DNA from: Mobula hypostoma
Lineage: Eukaryota
NCBI RefSeq assembly: GCF_963921235.1
Contig: NC_086109.1
Span: 31,622,001-31,686,000 of the forward strand
DNA: 64,000 nt
Reading direction: 5' to 3'
A program made the translations under genes and the position numbers. A model generated the notes under the pieces. It made no database searches, had not been told where the DNA came from, and saw only the letters and a program-made list of their open reading frames with translations. Shown here piece by piece: positions 47,681-58,250 of the stretch. Position 1 is the first letter of the stretch. Each line of letters begins with the position of its first letter.

Positions 47681-48111
47681 ATTACATATCACATTTCCTC
47701 CAAGCACAAAAACATGAGGAATAGCTATTATATCAATGCTGTCTGTGTGATTTCTTGCTTTAAGCTAGAAGAGCCGGAAAGAACCACTCAGAACGGTGGC
47801 TTAGTTAGCAAATGTGTGTCAAGCTGATTAAACACAAGCGTACAGATCCAGTGTGGGAGTAAGCCACCAAACCCCTTGAGCTTACATTGTCATTCAATTA
47901 ATTCATGGCTGGTCTGATAGAAACCTCATCTCCTCATCGTCATGGTAACCTTTCACCTCCTATCTGAATCTACCTGTGTTAAAGCTATTCAAAGACTCAG
48001 AGTCAGAAAAAGTGTCTGAGAGTCATGCAATAGGGAAATAGACCCTTTAGTAGTTAATTAACTTACCAACCTTCTCATCTTTGAGATGTAGGAGGAATTC
48101 AGACGAAAACG

Positions 48112-48574
48112 CAACCACGAGAAAATCTGCAGATGCTGGAAATTCAAGCAACACACACAAAATACTGGTAGAACACAGCAGGCCAAGCAGCATCTATAGG
48201 AAGAGGTACGGTCGACGTTTCGGGCTGAGACGCTCCGTCAGGACTAACTGAAAGAAGAAATAGTAAGAGATTTGAAAGAGGGAGGGGGAGGGGGAGATGC
48301 AAAATGATAGGAGAAGACAGGAGGGGGAGGGACAGAGCTAAGAGCTGGGACATTGACTGGCTAAAGGGAAACAAAGCTGGAGACATGGGAGAAAGAAAGG
48401 GAGAGGGGAACACCAGAGGAAGATGGAGAGCAGGTAAGGAGTGATTGTGAGAGGGAAAGAGAGAGAGAAAAAAGTGGGAGAGGGAATAATAAATGAATAA
48501 ATAAATAAAATAGGGGATGGGGTAAGAAGGGGAGGAGGGGCATTAGCGGAAGTTAGGGAAATCAATGTTCATGC
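48112..48574 (-). mobile_element. Penelope-like 3' segment (pLTR), in tandem with the next element
   Basis: End of GIY-YIG ORF ('MNIDFPNFR*'), pyrimidine-rich UTR, hammerhead at about 48210-48245 with CTGACGG core. Confidence 0.85.
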
Positions 48575-48575
48575 T

Positions 48576-50567
48576 AACATGAGGAAATCTGTAGATGCTG
48601 GAATTTCAAGCAATGCACATAAAAGTTGCTGGTGAACATAGCAGGCCAGGCAGCATCTCTAGGCAGAGATACAGTCAACATTTCAGGCCAAGACCCTTCG
48701 TCAGGACTAACTGAACGAATAGCCAGTAAGAGATTTGAAAGTGGGAGGGGAGGGGGAGATCCAAAATGATAGGAGAAGACAGGAGGGGGGGGGATGGATC
48801 CAAGAGCTGGACAGTTGATTGGCAAAAGGGATATGAGAGGATCATGGCCAGGAGGCCCAGGGAGAAAGAAAAGGGGGAGCATGGGAAAAAACCCGAAGGA
48901 TGGGCAAGGGGTATAGTGAGAGGGACAGAGGGAGAAAAAGGAGAGAGAGAAAAAGAATGTGTGTATAAAAATAAATAACGGATGCGGTACGAGGGGGAGG
49001 TGGGGCATTAACGAAAGTTAGAGAAGTCAATGTTCATGCCATGAGGTTGGAGGCTACCCAGACGGAATATAAGGTGTTGTTCCTCCAACCTGAGTGTGGC
49101 TTCATCTCGACAGTAGAGGAGGCCATGGATAGACATATCAGAATGGGAATGGGATGTGGAATTAAAATGTGTGGCCACTGGGAGATCCTGCTTTCTCTAG
49201 CGGACAGAGCGTAGGTGTTCAGTGAAACAGTCTCCCAATCTGCGTCGGGTCTCACCAATATAAAGAAGGCCGCACTGGGAGCACCGAACACAGTACATCA
49301 CATCAGCCTACTCACAGGTGAAGTGTCTTTTCATCTGGAAGGACTGTCTGGGGCCCTGAATAGTTGTGAGGGAGGAAGTGTAAGGGCAGGTGTAGCACTT
49401 GTTCTGTTTACAAGGATAAGTGCCAGGAGGAAGATCGGTGGGAAGGGATGGGGGGACAAATGGACAAGGGAGTCATGTAGGGAGCGATCCCTGCAGAAAG
49501 CAGAAAGTGCGGGGGGGGGGCGGGAGAGAAAGATGTGCTTGGTGGAGGGATCCTGTTGGAGGTGGCGGAAGTTATTGATAATTATATGTTGAATTCGGAG
49601 GTTGGTGGGGTGGTAGGTGAGGACAAGGGGAACCCTATCCCTGGTGGTGTGACAGGAGGATGGGGTGAGAGCAGGCGTGCGTGAAATGGGAGAGATGCGT
49701 TTGAGGGCAGAGTTGATGGTGGAGGAAGGGAAGCCCCTTTCTTTAAAAAATGAAGACATCTCCTTCGTCCTGGAATGAAAAGCCTCATCCTGAGAGCAGA
49801 TGCAGCGGAGACGGAGGAGTTGCGAGAAGGGGATGGCATTTTTGCAAGTGACAGGGTGGGAAGAGGAATAGTCCAGGTAGCTGTGAGAGTCCGTGGGCTT
49901 ATAGTAGACATTGGTAGATAAGCTGTCTCCAGAGATAGAGACAGAAAGATCAAGAAAGGGGAGGGAGGAGTCGGAAATGGTCCAGGTAAATTGGAGGGCA
50001 GGATGAAAGTTGGAGGCAAAGTTAATGAAGTCAACGAACTCAGCTTGCATGTAGGAAGCAACGCCAATGCAGTCGTCAATGTAGCGAAGGAAAAGTGGGG
50101 GACAGATACCGGTATAGGCTTGGAACATGGACTGTTCCACATAGCCAGCAAAAAGGCAGGCATAGCTAGGACCCATATGGGTGCCCATGGCTACACCTTT
50201 GTTTGGAGGAGGTGGGAGGAGCCAAAGAAGGAATTATTAAGAGTAGGGACTAATTCCGCTAGATGGAGGAGAGTGGTGGTAGAGGAGAACTGGTTAGGTC
50301 TGGAATCCAAAAAGAAGCGAAGAGCTTTGAGACCTTCCTGGTGGGGGATGGAGGTACATAAGGAATGGACATCCATGGTAAAAATAAGACAGTGGCAGCC
50401 AGGGAACTTAAAATCATTGAAAAGATTCAGAGTGTGAGAAGTGTCACGAACATAGATGGGAAGGGATAGAACAAGGGGGGATAAAACAGTGTCGAGGTAT
50501 GCAGAAATGAGTTCGGTGGGGCAGGAGCAAGCTGAAACAATGGGTCTACCTGGACAGGCAGGTTTAT
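48576..50567 (-). mobile_element. Neptune-type Penelope-like element, 5'-truncated (RT plus GIY-YIG plus pLTR)
   Basis: 'MDVHSLCTSIPH', 'MGTHMGPSYACLF', 'RYIDD', 'LPFLD', 'YYKPTD', linker C-X4-C-X2-C (CKQNKCYTC), YIG endonuclease; hammerhead at about 48673-48708. Confidence 0.93.
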
Positions 50568-50689
50568 GGCTAATAGATATGAACCCATATAGTTACAGGG
50601 AGAATGTGCAAAATTTTCACAAAGTATCTGAGGTTAGCATTGAATATATATATATACCTTCTCTCTGTCATAAACAAGTAACTCATTAT

Positions 50690-51370
50690 ATGATCATAAG
50701 GCATAGGAGCAGAAATAGGCCATTTGGGGAAATAGGACATTTGGCTTATTTCTGCTCCTATACCTTATGATCATATAATGAGTTACTGCAGTCATTTGGC
50801 CTATTGAGTCTACTTTGCCATTTCTTCATAACTGACCCATTCTCCCTCTCAGCCCCAATTTCCTGCCTTCAGCCCATAATCCTTTATGCCTTGACTAATC
50901 AAGAATCTATCAACCTCTGCCTTAAATGCACCCAATGACTTGGCCTCTACAGCTGCCTGTGGCAATGAATTCCATAGATTCACCACTCTCTGTCTAAAGA
51001 AATTCCTCCTCATCTCCATTCTAAAAGGATGTCCTTCTATTCTGAGGCTGTGTCTTCTGGTCTTAGACTCCCCAACTATAGGAAACATTCTCTCCACATC
51101 CACTCAGTTGAGGCCTTTCAACATTTGATAGGTTTCAATGAGGACACCCCTCCTTTTTCTGAATTTCAGTGAGTAGAGGCCCAGAACCATCAAGCACTCT
51201 TCATATGACGTCTTTCAATCCCAGAATCACTTTCGTGAGCCTCCTTTGAAACCTCTCCAATTTCTGCACGTCCTTTCTTAGATAAGAAGCCCGAAACTGC
51301 TCACAATATCCCAAGTGAGGCCTCACCAGTGCTTTATAAGGCCTCAGTATTACATCCTTGCCTTTTATTT
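50690..51370 (-). mobile_element. CR1 3' fragment
   Basis: 'DVERMFPIVGESKTRRHSLRIEG..FFRQRVVNLWNSLP'. Confidence 0.88.
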
Positions 51371-51879
51371 ACAGTCACCCCTATTTCTTTTTCTCTCCCA
51401 CAAGAGGAAATATCTTTTCTATTTCCATTATGTGAGAAACCCTCAAGGTCACATAAATTCAATGATTACACTCTGGTTCAAAGAGCTAAATATCATATCT
51501 TGATTTTTACAATATATATAGAAAATTAAATGCTTATCAAATATATGAAATTTAAGAACACCTTTAAGATTGAAAGATTGACATTGAAGTTTTACATGGT
51601 TCACCTACAACTCTTTGGCCACTGCATCCTAAAGATATTGATCAAGTATTTGAGATTTTTATGAGGTGATGATATAAGCAACTAAGGCTGATCTGCCAAA
51701 ACCAAATTTATTTGAATTTGTGCTAATGATTAGTGGTCCACAGGAACTGTTGTTGACCTTTAGCTACCAAGAATTCCGTAATGCCGTTGGAGCGGTTATG
51801 TTAGGATTTTGGCCCAGAAATCATAAAGGATATTTTTAAGTTAAGAGGGTAATTAATAGGTCAGTTGTCATGTTCAATT

Positions 51880-53146
51880 ATGGAGATTTGGCATATCATC
51901 AAGAACCTTGGCAAACTTCTATCAATGTGTGCTGGAAAGTGTGCTGACTGGCTGCATTATGGACTGGTACGGGACCACTAATGCCTTTGAGCAAAAAATC
52001 CTACAAAACGCAATGGATTCAGTCCGGTACATCACAGGTAAAACCCTCCCAACCATTGAGCACATCTACATGAAAAGTTGTCGTAGAAAAGCAGCACCCA
52101 TCATCAACGATGCTCACCACCTAGGCCTCGCTCTTTCCTCACTGTTGCAACCAGGTAGAAGGTACAGGTGCTTCAGTACTCCCTCCACCAGATTCAAGAA
52201 CATTTGCTACCTCTCAACAATCAGCTCGTGAACAAAAGGAAATAACTACATTCATTCTACTTCTGGTGTTCCGACAACTGATCTCACTTTCGGGACTCAT
52301 TACCTTGTTATATCAGGCTTGTTATTTATTGCTATTTATTTAATAGACTATGAGGACACTCAGTCCTCATTTATTGTCATTTAGAAATGAATGCATTAAG
52401 AAATGATACAATGTTCCTCCAGAGTGATATCACACACAAAACAGGACTAACACTGACAAGACCACATAATTATAGCATATAGTTACAGCAGTGCAAAACA
52501 ATACCATAATCTGATAAAGAGCAGACCGTGGGCATGGTTAAAAAAAAAGTCTCAAAGTTCCGATCGACTCCCGATAGCAGGCAGCAAAAGGGAGAAACTC
52601 TCCCTGCCATAAACCTGCAGGCGCCGACAACTGCCGATGTATTGGAAGCACCTGACCCCAGCCGACTCTGAGTCCGTCTGAAAACTTCAAACCTCCAACC
52701 AGCCCTCTGACACCGAGCACCGAGCACCATCCTCTGTCGAGTGCTTTGACCCCGCCCCGGCCACCGAGCAACAAGCAAAGCCGAGGACTCGGGGCCTTCC
52801 CCTCCGGAGATTCTGGATCACACAGTAGCAGCGGCAGCGAAGTGGGCATTCCAGAAGTTTCTCCAGATGTTCCTCCGTCCTCTCACGCCTGTCTCCATCA
52901 AATCAGGATTGTGCACGGCACCCTACTTGACAGATTACAGATGTCATTCACCGGAGTGGCCACTACGGCTGCATCGCGCCACCATCTTCTCCTCCTCCTA
53001 TTATATTTGCATTTGTACAGCTTGTTCTCCATTGATCCTGTTTACAGTTACTGTTCTATAGATTTGCTATTTATGCCCGCAGAAAAAGAATCCCAGGGTT
53101 GTGTGTATGCACTCGGATAATAAATTGAACTTTAAACTTTGAACTT
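51880..53146 (+). mobile_element. Rex1/Babar 3' fragment, split by an insertion at about 52342-52998
   Basis: 'NFYQCVLESVLTGCIMDWYG..PGRRYR..RFKN'; 3' UTR resumes at about 52999; AATAAA plus (TGAACTT)n tail. Confidence 0.8.
52342..52998 (-). mobile_element. Young non-autonomous retroposon
   Basis: CpG-rich 5' end starting 'ggaggagaagatggtggcgcg'; 3' 'gacaataaatgaggac..'; interrupts a Rex1 3' UTR. Confidence 0.6.
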
Positions 53147-56100
53147 TGAAATTGTGAAATTTGGTGTGGAATGTGAATTGGAAGATCTTACAGGATTTTG
53201 CTTGGTCCACCTTGGCTGTTGTGGTCCCTGGGTTAGAAGTCCTGTTGAGGTGACCTTGATGACTTTCTGCAGTGCTTCCAACAGACCCAGTCACAGTAAA
53301 TTATTGATGAGGGACGTTATCCTGATATTGGGACACTGAACAAATGAAGTGATTTATCCTGGACATTGCCGACTTCCTTGGGTGTTGATCTAGTTAAGAT
53401 ATTCAGGCCAGTGTTCAATATCCTATTACATTCCCGACATAAGTAACATATCAATATATTTAACAGAAAGGTCTGTGGGAGCAGGAGGTGGCCATTCAGT
53501 AGTCTGTTTCTAACATACTCCGGCAGTAGTATTGTTTAAAAGATAAAACAGAATTATTACAGAGGCCGAAGGAAAACTGTTGAAATGTTGTGTTGAAGTC
53601 TGTGCTAATTTCGTGTGAAGTAACTGGGTATTCAAATTCTATTGCACTTATTACCAAAGGCATTATGTACAATAAGGCAGGTCTTGCACACTATTTGCAC
53701 AGGAAGACCAGTTATCTGCTCATTCCATCATCTGAGGTGTAAATTATGAACAAGTTGAGGTGTTGAAAGCATTTGTGAATTGTTCTGATTAAAGGTATTG
53801 ACCTGATGTTTTAACTCTGTTTCTTTCTCTACGGATGCTGTCTGTCATTTAAAACCGAGGTGCCTAGAAATGTCTTCTGTTAGATTCAGAATCCCTGGAT
53901 TTTGGAATTCTCTGTCCCCACGAGTGGTGTAGGCTGATTTATCAGATATACTGAAGGTAGAGAGCGATAAGTATTTGAAAGATTGAGGAATTAAAGGTTA
54001 TGTGGAAACAGCGCAGAAAAAGAATGGAGGCCAGTATAGATCAGCCATGATCATATTGAATCAGCCATGAGCCTATTCCTGCTCCTGTCTCTTACGTACT
54101 TGTTACCTGCTGAGTATTTCAGGCACCTGTATTTCTTTATTTCAGATTTTCAGCACCTGGAGTATTCTGTTTCTGTATTTAGGATTCCGAATTCCATTTT
54201 TCATTATGTAGTTTTGGCTTCTAAATCTTCTTGAACCTTTCTCAGCTTGTGGTGTGCTCAGCTGGTGAGCACCTGCTGGTCTTTGGAAAGAGATTCACAT
54301 CCCTTGAGTGAAGAAATTTTCATTCATCTCAGTTCGAGACCTTAGCCTAAGAACCATGTTCCTTCAAAATAAAAAGGAACTCCTCATCCTAAGATCCTAC
54401 AGCTAGAGGAGATAACCTTTTCATATCCACATTGTCAAGTTTTCTACAGCCTGCAAGTGCATACTCAATAAAGGCCTGTTCGATGGTACTCCACCTTATT
54501 CTAATAAAGTCCACTTATATAGACAGTAAGTTTATTGTTGTTCCTACATATTAGGTTACTTTGCTACTACTTCTAGAAGACTACCAGTTCTTCTGAACCT
54601 ACAAATTTACTAGCTTAAAAAAAATCCAGTATGAAGCAAAAAATGAAAAGCCAGCAATTACTCATAACATATTCCTTCTGATGTTATCTTGTCCATTCAC
54701 TAAATTTGCCATATTAATCACAGTTTTTCTGTTTGCATAGACCAATGGTCATGAACCATTATAGTGAACTGACCAGTAAATCTTGCAAGAGTAGAATTTG
54801 GAGATTTATGAATATAAATTGGCAAACTGATACTCATTAAGTGTAGCAATGAATCAGAAATTCTTTCTCTTGTCCTTCATGTTTTATATCACCAGGAAGC
54901 CAAATAATGATTGTGATAATTATTTAAAGCTAAACTTTAAAATAAATTGACATGTTTGAACCCAGCTTGCCATATCAATGCCTGATTGAAGTGGTTTCAT
55001 TAAAGAGCAAAAAGGAATCTATAAAGCTGTAACTCTTAATTACTGAGCAGCTTCAGAAATAGATGGTTCAGATGGTGGCATCAAAACAAGTAACATTAGT
55101 GACAATAACCGCTTCTGACAAAGCTAGTATCAAACTGTGAGCCATCCATGTATGTACCTAACATCATCAGTTGAATTTTTAAACAGATGGCATTCAATAT
55201 GAGAGTTTGTTCAGGACTTATAGTTGAGGTGAACAATGTCAGGAAATTCTTGCTTTTAGAAGCAATGGAAACGTTCAAACCTAAGTACAGAAGGATATTT
55301 GACAATGAAAAGATATCAAAGCACATCAGGGAGGTGTGCTTCCTTGCTGATAGGAACTGAAAGAGGCTCGAGAGGTACTTATGTCCAGATACATTAGTAC
55401 GTCACTTCAGATTAGATCAGAAACTTTCATAGGCAGTTTTGAAATTGGGTCCTCATTTATTAGCCTATTTAAATCCCTTAATAAAAAACTGCATAACAGA
55501 ACTAATTGTAGTTAGGCATTTGCGTGGTGCTGTTCTATTTTAGGTTAAAATCCTTTTGTATGAATTAATTCATCTAAATGTAAAACAACAATTAAACATT
55601 TTGGAATTACAGTGCATTATATCATTAATGTAAACAAATAAAATGAAATACCGCAGAAAATGCACTGCGTTGGCATTCTATTTGTATTTAAAATTCTTTG
55701 AAATGGAGCTGGCCATTGCTTTTTCACTTCAGCAGAATAGTGAAAGGTAAAATACTTAGAAGTCGATGATTTGAGCCTCTTTGATGAGGCGGCTGATGGT
55801 CTACTTCACTTCAGAAATCAATGTGGCATGATTCCAAAGCAGGATGTGCAGGGATTACTTTCTTTCCTCATTTAGGAACTTTCTTCTTTTTATAATCTGT
55901 CTAGGGTCACACCAGCTAACCAGAAACTGAACATATCTCATGCCAGGAATCATCCTTTGATCCGAAGGTTTCGTATAGTTCTGAAAGGCCAGAAACAAAC
56001 ACAACTATCCAGATCATGATTGATGTTTTTAGAGATTTAGGATAAATTCCTTGCCTTGTTGTCTCTGTTTATAATGTCAACAATCCTCCGCTGATTATTT

Positions 56101-57284
56101 TAACAGATGTACATATCTACTCCTTATCTCAACAAATCCACCAGCAGGTCAACCCCTGTGAAATGGCTATACATGGAGAGAATTGGTACAGATTAATAAT
56201 GCCTCCAAAACGCCCAAAAAACAGAGATATGAAAAGCATGAGGAAGTCTGTAAATGCTACATATAACAAGCATTTACTACCACCTTCTGGCAAGCAGCAG
56301 AGTGTATGAACTGGTGAAAATGGAATCAATACGAACTCTACACTACCAACTTGATTGAATGATGTGAAATTATCTTCCCTGCTCTCGTAACTGGCAGCTG
56401 AAATGATTGATTAACAATATGTGAAAGTGAAATTGGAAATGAGTAAGACAGGGGACAAGTATTTGGAGGCTATCTACAACTGAAATTGGTTGACTTAAAA
56501 TCCGTAAGAAATTGTACGTATCCATGTCCATTATGGGGAACCGAAGTCCACTAGCCCCCAGTCATCTGTAACCACTTAAGCTGAAGCTGGATTGTGATGA
56601 ATGACATAGAACTCAAGGCTTTTTCAGTTGAAATCCTTCAGCTGACACTGATGCCTAAGTAACCGGAAACGAAAAGACAAATGCTCATAAAATCTTGTTG
56701 TGCCCCGTAAGTCTGCCATAGATTTGTCTGCTCTGGGTCAGTGGTTCCAGTTACTTTTCCAATGCACTGGAGTTGACTCATACTTAAATGATCAAGTAAT
56801 TCAAAGACTGAAACTATATTCAAGTCAATGGAATGGAATTGCAGAAACAGAACAACATGCTTGTGCTACTATTGTGCACTTTGCATGTAAGATGAATGAT
56901 GCAATTGTACTCCAGGTATGAGGCTATAGACACCACTCTCATGAATACTTCTCCCACTACCATCAGAAAACCATGAAATCATAAGCTATAGCTAATTTCC
57001 AGAGACGTTGTGGCCCTTACCATCAAGGCATGAATTTCTTTGAGTGTAATTTGGAGCAGTAAATGAGTCTGAGTGAATAATTAACCTCAAAGTAGAAACT
57101 TGGCTCACTAACATTCAATATCTTGGAATATTTTGGTTTAGAATAAGTCTTCTGATTTAGACCAGCCCTCTCACAATTTGTAAACAGGAGGAGATATCAA
57201 AAAGATCTCAAAGACATTGGTTATGTGATGAATGCAGTGTTCCAATTCGACTTCGGAAGTTAGTTTGCAGGGGGGTCCTTCCAG

Positions 57285-57611
57285 GTGAGGCGACACTTCA
57301 CCTGTGAGTCGGCTGGGGTGATATACTGCGTCCGGTGCTCCCAATGTGGCCTTCTATATATTGGCGAGACCCGATGCAGACTGGGAGACTGCTTTGCTGA
57401 ACACCTACGCTCTGTCCGCCAGAGAAAGCAGGATCTCCTAGTGGCCACACATTTTAATTCCACATCCCATTCCCACTCTGACATGTCTGTCCATGGCCTC
57501 CTCTACTGTAAAGATGAAGCCACACTCAGGTTGGAGGAACAACACCTTATATTCCGTCTGGGTAGCCTCCAACCTGATGGCATGAACATCGACTTCTCTA
57601 ACTTCCGCTAA
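57285..57611 (+). pseudogene. GIY-YIG endonuclease domain (5'-truncated PLE ORF)
   Basis: 'GVIYCVRCSQCGLLYIGET..RL..FAEH..VATHFN..EEQHLIFRLGSLQPDGMN'. Confidence 0.9.
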
Positions 57612-57903
57612 TGCCCCACCTCCCCCTCGTACCCCATCCGTTATTTATTTTTATACACACATTCTTTCTCTCACTCTCCTTTTTCTCCCTCTGTCCCTCT
57701 GACTATACCCCTTGCCCATCCTCTGGTTCCCCCCCACTTGTCTTTCTCCCCAGACTTCCTGTCCCATGATCCTCTCATATCCCCTTTGCCAATCACCTGT
57801 CCAGCTCTTGGCTCCATCCCTCCCCCTCCTGTCTTCTCCTATCATTTTGGATCTCCCCCTCCCCCTCCCACTTTCAAATCTCTTACTAACTCTTCCATCA
57901 GTT

Positions 57904-57939
57904 AGTCCTGACGAACGGTCTCGGCCTGAAACGTCGACT
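57904..57939 (+). ncRNA. Minimal type I hammerhead ribozyme
   Basis: AGTC-CTGACGA-ACGGTCTCGGCCT-GAAA-CGTC-GACT; intact core, one stem II mismatch. Confidence 0.75.
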
Positions 57940-58250
57940 GTACCTCTTCCTAGAGATGCTGCCTGGCCTGCTGTGTTCACCAGCAACTTTGATGTGTGTT
58001 GCAGGGGGGTACTTATTTTTTGTTTAAGTCAAGCAAAAGAACTCTCTAATGTGAGGTATTGCAGTATTTAATTATCACATGAAGATGCATTGGCCAGATT
58101 AATTTAAATTCCTTTCCTGTTTGAGTAAACAATCTTGAGTTTCCCTATGATCTTAGAAACATAGAAACATAGAAAATAGGTGCAGGAGTAGGCCATTCAG
58201 CCCTTCGAGCCTGCACCGCCATTTATTATGATCATGGCTGATCATCCAAC

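Larger units (their letters stand above)
57277..57998 (+). mobile_element. Penelope-like element 3' part (GIY-YIG plus pLTR)
   Basis: TSD TTGCAGGGGGGT at 57265-57276 / 57999-58010; open GIY-YIG frame; hammerhead at 57904-57939. Confidence 0.93.

Noticed and set aside
55096..55360. Short open frames on both strands with possible splice sites
   Set aside because: No recognisable protein similarity, weak splice signals, and length within chance expectation
56107..56310. About 67 open codons after ttttaacag on the plus strand
   Set aside because: Unrecognised peptide with no partner exons; cannot be supported without expression or homology data
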